Of a stretch of 64,000 nt of DNA, positions 9,225 through 17,418 are shown piece after piece. This stretch comes from an uncultured Bacteroidales bacterium. GTDB taxonomy: Bacteria; Bacteroidota; Bacteroidia; Bacteroidales; UBA932. The notes under the pieces were generated by a model. That model saw only the letters and a program-made list of their open reading frames with translations, made no database searches and was not told the DNA's origin. The stretch lies in assembly GCA_946403855.1 (NCBI GenBank), contig CAMJBH010000002.1:27063-91062 (forward strand). The letters are read 5' to 3'. Position 1 is the stretch's first letter. Every line of letters begins with the position of its first letter. The position numbers and the translations under genes are program-made.

Positions 9225-12200
9225 ATGAAAAAGATTTTTAGATTTGCTGTTCCCGCAGCCATGGCTCTTGTCATTGCCGGCTGTGCAAAAGAATTCGGGA
9301 TCGACTCCCCGGCCGGGGGGCGTTATCAGAGGACTTTTACCGCCTCTTTTGAGTCCGGCCTCACCAAGACCGCGCTTGCTAACGGTTCGGTGGTTTGGAA
9401 TGCAGGAGACACCGTGCGTTTCTTTGCTTCGTCTGTTGACACCCTTATCCTGGTTGCCGAAGACGGCCCTTCAGCTACCTTCAGCGTTAATCTAGGGCCA
9501 AATGATGCATGGCTCAACGCCGTCTATGGAGCCTCTTCCACCAATTCCGGCGAGGGGTATATTTCTCTCAAAGGCATCGCTCCTGAGGTGCAGGACGGAA
9601 CATTCCCTTCTGCACATGTGTCGGTGGCCCATACCAGTAAGATTGATACGGCCAAGCTTTCGTTCCGCAATGTGACCAGCCTTATTAAGTTTGCCCTTGA
9701 GCGCAGCGATGTGGCCTATGCCGTCTTCTCCTCCAACGATGATTCATATCTTGGCGGATGCGGCGAGGCGTCCGTTCATTTCCAGGAAGACGGTTCGTTA
9801 TCAGTGACCCCGCTTCAGATGTACAACACCTCGGTGCAAATCAACTTTGCCAATCCCGGGGCAGGGGAGTTCTATATCTCTGTGCTTCCAGGCATAACGC
9901 TGACAAAGGGATTTACCCTCAAGTGTTTCGATGCCGAGGGTATGAGGCTTGGCGTGGCAAAATATGAAGGCAGCCTCACCATCCCCCGCAACACTATTAC
10001 AGACCTTGGTACCCTCGATGTGCAGGGACATCTCGCCGAGGAACCCACAGACCTTAGCTCGGAAGAAACCGCAAACTGTTATATTGTGCCTTCGCTCGGC
10101 GACTATAAGTTCAAGGCCACTGTGCAGGGCAACACCAACGACGGTCTTACTCTGGACGGGGCGGCGGCAGTTCCCGCAGAGGCATCTTTGCTGTGGTACA
10201 CCGGAGGTACCCGTTACACTCTGAATTCTGCCGTGATAAGCGATCCTGTTTTCGAGGACGGTTATATCTATTTCACCGCTCTTCATTCCGGAAGTGCCAT
10301 TGTGGCTGTCAAGGACGAGAACGGCAATATACTCTGGAGCTGGCACATTTGGGTCTGGCCCGGATACAACCGCACTGCCGCCACACAGGAATATTACAAC
10401 AATGCCGGCAGGATAATGGACCGCAACCTTGGTGCAGCAGTGCAGAAAGGCTCCGACACAAATCAGACAGAGTGGGCCGACTTCGGTTTCTTCTATCAGT
10501 GGGGCCGCAAAGACCCGTTCCCGTCCGACGGAACTGCTGCCAGCGGAAACGTAACACCTCTAGCTATGCCAATCAGCGAAGAAAACGGCAGTATAGACTA
10601 TTCGATACGCTATCCGTATATATTTATATATAATACCGACAGTTCGACCAACCGTAACTGGTTCCTGGGCAACCGTAACGACACTCTCTGGGGCTCCGAC
10701 AAGACCAAATGGGATCCCTGCCCGCCGGGATGGAGAGTCTCAGACGGTTCCGTTTGGAGAGTCGCGACAGGAAAACTTTCGTCAGACTCCTTCTATTACG
10801 ACTTTGACGGCTCTTTTGCCCATCCCGGCATGGATTTCTCCGGCACACTTGGCGACGCCAATCCCATCTGGTATCCTGCGAGCGGCTATCGTGAGGGTGC
10901 TGACATCAAGTACTCCACATGGTATGGCTATGGATGGACGAATTCAGTTAAGAACAATAATGCTATCAGAGTTGGTGTGTCTCAGAACAAAGCCGCCCAT
11001 CTGTACGGCGCAGGCTTCCGTTCTAACGGCCACTATGTGCGCTGCCAGGCCGAGTATATTGTTAAACCGACCCCTGTGAGCCGTGTTGAACTCTACCCCG
11101 ACAAGGATACCCTGGCCTGCTTCAAGACCACCAAGCTTATTTCTGCAGTGTATCCTGCCGATGCGACCAATCCCGCCGTGACCTGGGAAACCAGCGACTC
11201 AGAGATAGCTGTGGTCAACGACTACGGCACAGTGACTGCTAAGGCCGTGGGAAGCTGCGTAATAACGGTTCGTTCGGTTGAGAATCCCAATATTTTTGAT
11301 ACTTGCGATATAGTCGTCATTGCCGATTCGACCGAAAATCTTAGCGAAGGCGGTACTGCCAACAGCTATATTGTGTCCCGCCCCGGAACCTATAAGTTCA
11401 ATGCTTCCGTTCAAGGCGGCAGCAGTGAATCTGTCGGTACCCCTGTGCGTGCCGCTGTGCTCTGGGAATCTTACGGCACTGATACCTATAATGTGTATCA
11501 GCCCGTCATAGAAGGTAATTCCGTGAGTTATGAAAGCGGCTTTGTCACCTTCTCCATTCCTAATCCTATGCAGAACGGTAATGCTCTGATAGCTGTTTAC
11601 GATGCTAACGGCACCATTCTGTGGAGTTGGCATATTTGGGCTTGCGCAGGCTTCGATCCTGATGCTACTTCCCATGTGTATGCCAACAATGCCGGAACGG
11701 TCATGGACCGCAACCTTGGTGCTACCAGCGCTACTCCCGGCGAAGTTCAGGCTCTCGGTCTGCTCTATCAGTGGGGCCGCAAAGACCCGTTCCTCGGCCC
11801 TTGTGCCATAAAGGGCAGCGCAGTAGAAGCTGCATCGTCCGCCTCATGGCCCGGAACCAGGAGCGTTGCCGTTACCGCCGCCGAATCCGTCAAGAACCCT
11901 ATGTTGCTCTATACGCCGACTTCCAGCCCCTATAACTGGAACTCCGAGAGGAACGACAATCTTTGGGCTTCAAATAAGACTAAGTATGATCCTTGCCCGG
12001 CGGGCTGGAGAGTGCCCGACGGCGGCAATGAGCCTGTCGGTCTATGGGCCACAGCCATCTGGGGCGTTTCCGACACTGAACCGGAGACCAGGGTGGTGGA
12101 CATATCCAACTTGTGGGATAATACCACTTTGTGCGGCCTTCAATTGCAGAGTCTGTATGCGCCCGATTACAACGGTATAATATGGTATCCCGATGCTGCG

Positions 12201-12380
12201 TTCCGCAACGGACGCAACGGAGGCGCCATTGAAGGCTTCGGTCAGTATGGAATGTATTGGTCTTGTACTGTTTCGGGCACCCGTGCTCATTTGCAGTTCC
12301 ATTATAACGGCAACGAATACCAGCCGGCCGGTAACCACTTCCGCGTAAATGCTTGCTCCGTGCGCTGCGTCAAACAGTAG
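9225..12380 (+). CDS. Multidomain surface lipoprotein: fimbrillin-like N-terminus, two MDRNLGA/YQWGRKDPF (CLec/FISUMP-like) domains, Big_2 Ig domain between them
   Basis: Lipobox IAGC. The block ANxYIV..WSWHIW..MDRNLGA..YQWGRKDPF..DPCPxGWRV..WYP..VRC occurs twice. Big_2 motif VYPADATNPAVTWETSD. Alternative start at 9216. Confidence 0.85.
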   Translation: MKKIFRFAVPAAMALVIAGCAKEFGIDSPAGGRYQRTFTASFESGLTKTALANGSVVWNAGDTVRFFASSVDTLILVAEDGPSATFSVNLGPNDAWLNAVYGASSTNSGEGYISLKGIAPEVQDGTFPSAHVSVAHTSKIDTAKLSFRNVTSLIKFALERSDVAYAVFSSNDDSYLGGCGEASVHFQEDGSLSVTPLQMYNTSVQINFANPGAGEFYISVLPGITLTKGFTLKCFDAEGMRLGVAKYEGSLTIPRNTITDLGTLDVQGHLAEEPTDLSSEETANCYIVPSLGDYKFKATVQGNTNDGLTLDGAAAVPAEASLLWYTGGTRYTLNSAVISDPVFEDGYIYFTALHSGSAIVAVKDENGNILWSWHIWVWPGYNRTAATQEYYNNAGRIMDRNLGAAVQKGSDTNQTEWADFGFFYQWGRKDPFPSDGTAASGNVTPLAMPISEENGSIDYSIRYPYIFIYNTDSSTNRNWFLGNRNDTLWGSDKTKWDPCPPGWRVSDGSVWRVATGKLSSDSFYYDFDGSFAHPGMDFSGTLGDANPIWYPASGYREGADIKYSTWYGYGWTNSVKNNNAIRVGVSQNKAAHLYGAGFRSNGHYVRCQAEYIVKPTPVSRVELYPDKDTLACFKTTKLISAVYPADATNPAVTWETSDSEIAVVNDYGTVTAKAVGSCVITVRSVENPNIFDTCDIVVIADSTENLSEGGTANSYIVSRPGTYKFNASVQGGSSESVGTPVRAAVLWESYGTDTYNVYQPVIEGNSVSYESGFVTFSIPNPMQNGNALIAVYDANGTILWSWHIWACAGFDPDATSHVYANNAGTVMDRNLGATSATPGEVQALGLLYQWGRKDPFLGPCAIKGSAVEAASSASWPGTRSVAVTAAESVKNPMLLYTPTSSPYNWNSERNDNLWASNKTKYDPCPAGWRVPDGGNEPVGLWATAIWGVSDTEPETRVVDISNLWDNTTLCGLQLQSLYAPDYNGIIWYPDAAFRNGRNGGAIEGFGQYGMYWSCTVSGTRAHLQFHYNGNEYQPAGNHFRVNACSVRCVKQ

Positions 12381-12484
12381 CCCGGAGCGGCAAGAAATAG
12401 GTGCCTTTGTTGGAATATTGCTAAAAATTGACTATAATTGTGCGATATTTCCTTTAAAGAGAATAATTTTATCTATTTATAAGT

Positions 12485-13840
12485 ATGAAAAGAGTATTTT
12501 TAGCTATTGCATCTGTGCTTGTGATCTCCACCAGCGCATTTGCCCAGGACATTTTCTATCCCGGATTCCAGCTTGGTATTAAGGGCGGCGCCGCTTACAC
12601 AAGCGGTGAGGCTGCTTTCACCAAACTCATCTCTCCTGCAGCCGCACTTGACCTCGGCTACCAGATCAGCCCTGTATTCGGCCTCCGCGCCGACATCTCC
12701 GGCTGGCAGGGAAAAGGTTGGAATGTTATATCCGAAACGGGCTATGACTTCAACTTCGCTCAGCTCGCACTCGATGCTACCTTCGATCTGTGCAACCTCT
12801 TTGCAGGTTACAAGGAGAGGGTCCTCAATCCTTACATTTTCCTCGGAGTCGGTGGCGTAGGTTATCTTAAGAACGGCGCAGAAAACAACGCATACTTCGC
12901 CAAGTATTGGGATCCCGTCAAGTTCAGCACCGTCGCACGTGCCGGTTTGGGCTTTGACATCCGTCTTTCCGACCTCCTCGCCATCGAGATCGAGGCCGTT
13001 GAGAATTTCCACTCCGACAAGTTCAACTCCAAGACCGGTTCTTATGCTCTGGAGACCGACCAGCAGATCAACCTCCTCGCAGGTCTGAAGTTCAACTTCG
13101 GTGCCGCTGCCGGCAAGAAGAAGGCTGCTGAGGCCGCTGCTGCCGCCGCTGCCGCCGCTGCCGCACAGGCCGCCGCCGCACAGGCTCGCGCAGACAAGGA
13201 ACTCGCCGACGCTATCGACGCTGCAAAGAAGGCTATCGAGAACGCCAAGAAGGCTCTTGCAGAGAATGACTTCCTCCCTGAGGATGTTGCCGCTATCAAC
13301 GACGCTATCAAGGCTCTCCAGGACGCTATCGCCGCCAAGGACATCGACGCCATCAAGGCCGGTACCAAGGCTCTGAACGATGCAGTTGACGCCGCCCGTC
13401 TGAACAAGAAGAACGCTGACGAGGCTGCCGCAAAGGCCGCTGCCGAGAAGGCTGCTGCCGAGAAGGCCGCTTTCGAGGCTGCCCGCGCACAGGCTCTCGC
13501 CGACGCTATCGAGGCTGCCAAGAAGTCCAGCAACGTTGTTTACTATGTGATCGGCAAGTACGACATCCGCAACCAGGAGCGCTACAAGATCAACAACCTC
13601 ATCAAGAAGCTCAAGAAAGATCCTGAGGCCAAGGCTGTCCTTTGCTCCTTCGCAGATAAGGAGACCGGTACCCCCGACGGTAACTGGGTGCTTTCCGAGA
13701 ACCGCTCCAACATCGTTTGCGAGGCTCTGCAGGCTGCAGGTATCGCTCCCGAGCGCATCCAGATGTACTGGTATGGCGACACCGAGCGTATCTCCAAGAT
13801 TCCTGAGAAGAACCGTGCTACCGTTCTGCTCGCAAAATAA
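12485..13840 (+). CDS. OmpA family outer-membrane protein with long Ala-rich helical spacer
   Basis: Signal peptide, beta-barrel strands, Ala/Lys/Glu-rich segment, C-terminal OmpA-like motif FADKETG..NWVLSENRS. Confidence 0.85.
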   Translation: MKRVFLAIASVLVISTSAFAQDIFYPGFQLGIKGGAAYTSGEAAFTKLISPAAALDLGYQISPVFGLRADISGWQGKGWNVISETGYDFNFAQLALDATFDLCNLFAGYKERVLNPYIFLGVGGVGYLKNGAENNAYFAKYWDPVKFSTVARAGLGFDIRLSDLLAIEIEAVENFHSDKFNSKTGSYALETDQQINLLAGLKFNFGAAAGKKKAAEAAAAAAAAAAAQAAAAQARADKELADAIDAAKKAIENAKKALAENDFLPEDVAAINDAIKALQDAIAAKDIDAIKAGTKALNDAVDAARLNKKNADEAAAKAAAEKAAAEKAAFEAARAQALADAIEAAKKSSNVVYYVIGKYDIRNQERYKINNLIKKLKKDPEAKAVLCSFADKETGTPDGNWVLSENRSNIVCEALQAAGIAPERIQMYWYGDTERISKIPEKNRATVLLAK

Positions 13841-13864
13841 TTGAATCAAATATCCAGTCTATAG

Positions 13865-13896
13865 AAAAGGTTGGTCTGCAAGGCCAACCTTTTTTT
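13865..13896 (+). terminator. Rho-independent terminator
   Basis: AAAAGGTTGGTCT-GCA-AGGCCAACC followed by T7. Confidence 0.85.
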
Positions 13897-13904
13897 GAGA
13901 GAAG

Positions 13905-15713
13905 ATGCAAGAGATTAGAAATATCGCCATTATCGCCCATGTGGACCACGGCAAGACCACTCTGGTGGACCGCATGATCTATCAGGCCAACCTGGTGCGT
14001 CAGCCCGAAAACCTCGGGCAGCTCATTCTCGACAACAATGACCTTGAACGGGAAAGGGGTATAACCATTTTGGCAAAGAATGTATCGGTCATATACAAGG
14101 GCGTCAAAATCAATATTATAGATACTCCCGGCCATAGCGACTTCGGAGGCGAGGTGGAGCGTGTGCTCAACATGGCCGACGGCGTGCTGCTTCTGGTGGA
14201 TGCCTTCGAAGGCTGCATGCCCCAGACACGTTTCGTGCTGCAGAAGGCCATCTCTATGGGCAAGAAGCCCATAGTGGTCATCAACAAGGTGGACAAGCCC
14301 AACTGCCGCCCTGACGAAGTGCAGGAAGAAGTGTTTGACCTGATGTTCAACCTGAATGCCACAGAAGACCAGCTGGATTTTACCACCGTTTACGGTTCGG
14401 CAAAGCAGGGATGGATGTCGCTGGACTGGCGCAAGCCTACCGATAACATTACGCCCCTTCTGGATACCATTTTGGATGTGATTCCCGCTCCACCCGTGGT
14501 GGAAGGTACTCCCCAGATGCTCATATCCTCGCTTGAATATTCCCCTTACGTGGGACGTATTGCCGTGGGCAGGGTCACCAGGGGAGAATTGCGCACCGGA
14601 GAACAGATCAGCTTGTGCAAGCGCTACGATATAGTGCAGAAGCAGAAGATCAAGCAGCTCATGGTGTTCGAGGGACTCGGCAAGTCCAATGCCGATGTCG
14701 TGCACTGCGGAGATATCTGCGCGGTGGTGGGCATAGACGGTTTCGAGATCGGCGATACTATTGCCGACGCCGAGAATCCCGAGGCGCTTCCGCCGATTGC
14801 GATAGACGAGCCCACAATGAGCATGCTCTTCTCTATCAACAACTCGCCCTTCTTCGGCAAGGACGGTAAATATGTGACTTCGCGCCACATCAAGGAACGT
14901 CTGGAGAAGGAACTCGAAAAGAACCTGGCACTGCGGGTCAAGCCCGGCCTGTCCGCCGACAGCTTTATAGTGTACGGCCGTGGCGTCCTCCATTTGTCCG
15001 TACTCATTGAGACAATGCGCCGTGAGGGCTTTGAGCTTCAGGTGGGCCAGCCCAAAGTGCTGGACAAGACCATAGGCGGTCAGCGCTGCGAACCTATTGA
15101 AGACCTGAGCATTGAGGTGCCTGAGGCCTTTGTAGGCGCCGCCATAGAAATTTCCACCAGGCGCAAGGGAGCGCTTGTGCGTATGGACCCCCGTGGCGAC
15201 CGTACGCTCCTGGAGTTTGAAATTCCCACCAGGGGCTTGATGGGACTGAGGTCCAATCTGTTGACCGCCACCCAGGGCGAAGCCGTGATAGCGCACCGCT
15301 TCAAGGAGTATCAGCCTTACAAGGGCGAGATAGAGCGCCGGAGCAACGGATCCCTGGTGTCGCTCGAGACCGGTGAGGCCATTGCCTATTCCATCAACAA
15401 GTTGCTCGATCGCGGACGCTTCTTCGTAGAGCCCGGTGAAGAGATTTACTGTGGACAGGTAGTGGGCGAGCACACCCGCGAGCGCGACCTTAATATCAAC
15501 ATTTGCAAGACCAAAAAGCTCACGAACGTGCGTGCTGCCGGATCGGACGAGAAGATCATATTGCCTCCCGCAATAAAGTTCTCCCTCGAAGAAGCGTTGG
15601 AGTATATCCAAGACGATGAATTCGTGGAAGTAACGCCACATTTTATGCGAATTCGCAAGATTCTGCTCGATCCGCTTGCCCGTAAACGAAATAGTGACGC
15701 TGAAGATTGCTAA
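13905..15713 (+). CDS. typA: Translational GTPase TypA/BipA
   Basis: IRNIAIIAHVDHGKTTLVD, DTPGHSDFGGEVER, NKVD, GRGVLHLSVLIETMRREG, EVTP. Confidence 0.97.
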   Translation: MQEIRNIAIIAHVDHGKTTLVDRMIYQANLVRQPENLGQLILDNNDLERERGITILAKNVSVIYKGVKINIIDTPGHSDFGGEVERVLNMADGVLLLVDAFEGCMPQTRFVLQKAISMGKKPIVVINKVDKPNCRPDEVQEEVFDLMFNLNATEDQLDFTTVYGSAKQGWMSLDWRKPTDNITPLLDTILDVIPAPPVVEGTPQMLISSLEYSPYVGRIAVGRVTRGELRTGEQISLCKRYDIVQKQKIKQLMVFEGLGKSNADVVHCGDICAVVGIDGFEIGDTIADAENPEALPPIAIDEPTMSMLFSINNSPFFGKDGKYVTSRHIKERLEKELEKNLALRVKPGLSADSFIVYGRGVLHLSVLIETMRREGFELQVGQPKVLDKTIGGQRCEPIEDLSIEVPEAFVGAAIEISTRRKGALVRMDPRGDRTLLEFEIPTRGLMGLRSNLLTATQGEAVIAHRFKEYQPYKGEIERRSNGSLVSLETGEAIAYSINKLLDRGRFFVEPGEEIYCGQVVGEHTRERDLNINICKTKKLTNVRAAGSDEKIILPPAIKFSLEEALEYIQDDEFVEVTPHFMRIRKILLDPLARKRNSDAEDC

Positions 15714-15734
15714 AACTTAAAATTTTTATTACCT

Positions 15735-16121
15735 TTGCAACCCTTTATAGTTAAACTGAATGGTCTGGCCTCCGGTAGGACGGTGTTCAACTGGGTGGCT
15801 GACGGAAAGTTCTTTGAACAATTCGGCAATCCGGACATCCTGTCGGCAGAAGTGGAAGTGACCGCCACGGTGGTTAACCACGGAGCGACAGTGGATGTAG
15901 AGTGCAGCATGCAGGGTACTGTTACGGTTCCTTGCGACCGCTGCCTTGACGATCTGGAACTGTCTGTCGAGACAGGCTTCTCGGAAGTTTACACTCCCGA
16001 AGGGGCCGATCTTGACCTCAGTCAGGATATATACGACTACGTGTGCACGGCGCTTCCCCTGCAGCGGGTCCATCCTGAGGGCGAATGTAACCCTGAGACT
16101 ATAAAGTTTTTGAGCAAATAG
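15735..16121 (+). CDS. yceD: DUF177/YceD family protein
   Basis: CDRCLD motif, ALP..VHPEGEC, and position directly upstream of rpmF. Start codon uncertain. Confidence 0.8.
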   Translation: MQPFIVKLNGLASGRTVFNWVADGKFFEQFGNPDILSAEVEVTATVVNHGATVDVECSMQGTVTVPCDRCLDDLELSVETGFSEVYTPEGADLDLSQDIYDYVCTALPLQRVHPEGECNPETIKFLSK

Positions 16122-16142
16122 TAATATTTAAATTATAGAACA

Positions 16143-16325
16143 ATGGCACATCCGAAACACAAACTCTCCAAGCAGAGAAGAGACAAGAGGCGTACCCATG
16201 ATTTCGCTCCTGTACCTACCCTGGCAACTTGCCCCAACTGCGGAGCAACGGTGATGTATCACCGCGTTTGCCCTGAGTGCGGATACTACAGAGGCCGCCA
16301 GATTGTTGTCAAGAGCGCTGAGTAA
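16143..16325 (+). CDS. rpmF: 50S ribosomal protein L32
   Basis: MAHPKHKLSKQRRDKRRTH and CPNCG..HRVCPECGYY zinc ribbon. Confidence 0.97.
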   Translation: MAHPKHKLSKQRRDKRRTHDFAPVPTLATCPNCGATVMYHRVCPECGYYRGRQIVVKSAE

Positions 16326-16342
16326 GCAGATTCTTGATATCC

Positions 16343-16414
16343 GGCCTCATAGTTCAACGGATAGAACGGAAGTTTCCTAAACTTTAAATCGAGGTTCGAT
16401 TCCTCGTGGGGCTA
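16343..16414 (+). tRNA. tRNA-Arg (CCT)
   Basis: Acceptor GGCCTCA/TGGGGCT, anticodon arm GAAGT-TTCCTAA-ACTTT, T arm CGAGG-TTCGATT-CCTCG. CCA is not encoded. Confidence 0.93.
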
Positions 16415-16417
16415 CAT

Positions 16418-16455
16418 AAGCAGCCGGACCATAGGGGCCCGGCTGTTTATTTTTT
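16418..16455 (+). terminator. Terminator after tRNA-Arg
   Basis: AAGCAGCCGG...CCGGCTGTTT followed by a T run. Confidence 0.8.
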
Positions 16456-16485
16456 GCTCATTACTTACTATATTTGTAGAAAAGA

Positions 16486-17409
16486 ATGATGCATATGAAG
16501 AAGTTGTTTTTTGCCTGGGCACTCGCTGCGCTTGTGTTGAGCGCATGCACCAAGCCGGTTGCCCCCGTCGAAGAGCCAGATAATACCAAAGAAGAAGAGG
16601 TCAAGCCTGAGAAACCCAAGTCGTGGACAATAAAGGTTATGTCCTACAACATTAGGGTTCCCAGCAATGAGACCGATCCCAACAATAACTGGCCCGTCCG
16701 CAAAGTGGGTACTCCGGCCATGATTAAAGCTCAGAAACCTACGGTTTTCGGACTTCAGGAGGCTGTCACTGAGCAGATTAAATATATCCAGGAAAACGTG
16801 CCCGGCTATAGCTATTACGGCGTAGGACGCGACAACGGAGGCGCCATTCCGAGCGCGTCAGGAGAAATCATGGCTATCTTCTGGGACAATTCTCAGGTAA
16901 ACGTAATTGACTGGGATACCTTTTGGCTGTCCGAGACTCCGGACAAAGTCTCTAAAGGCTGGGATGCCGTCTGCCGCCGTACCGCCACCTGGTGCATTTT
17001 CGAACACAAACAGTCCAAACAGCAGTTCCTGTATGTCAACACCCATCTCGACCATAAGGGCGTTACTGCCAGGAAGGAAGGCCTGAAGCTGATTGTCAGT
17101 AAGATAGCAGAGCTCAACACAAAAGGCCTACCTGTAATCCTGACCGGTGACTTCAATGTAGCCCCCACCAACGAATGTGTGGAGGTGCTTAGGAGCACGA
17201 TGATCGATGCACGCGTGGCGGCTCCTGTCACTGACCAGTATAATACCTACAATGCATGGACGGCAAATGGCAAGAGCATAATCGACTATATATGGTTCTC
17301 AGGCTTCGGCGGAGTGCTTTCTTACCACACCGTTCGCGACGCCTATGCCGGCGTGTCTCTTATTTCGGACCACTATCCGATTACCGCTCAGTTGGTCATA
17401 AAGAAGTAG
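16486..17409 (+). CDS. EEP family lipoprotein
   Basis: Lipobox LSAC; motifs MSYNIR, GLQEA, FWLSETP, NTHLDH, GDFN, IDYI, SDHYP. Confidence 0.9.
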   Translation: MMHMKKLFFAWALAALVLSACTKPVAPVEEPDNTKEEEVKPEKPKSWTIKVMSYNIRVPSNETDPNNNWPVRKVGTPAMIKAQKPTVFGLQEAVTEQIKYIQENVPGYSYYGVGRDNGGAIPSASGEIMAIFWDNSQVNVIDWDTFWLSETPDKVSKGWDAVCRRTATWCIFEHKQSKQQFLYVNTHLDHKGVTARKEGLKLIVSKIAELNTKGLPVILTGDFNVAPTNECVEVLRSTMIDARVAAPVTDQYNTYNAWTANGKSIIDYIWFSGFGGVLSYHTVRDAYAGVSLISDHYPITAQLVIKK

Positions 17410-17418
17410 CGGAAGATT

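Noticed and set aside
12180-12420. Complete diversity-generating retroelement at the CLec-like gene
   Set aside because: No reverse transcriptase, no adenine-specific TR/VR pair, and only a weak hairpin after the stop.
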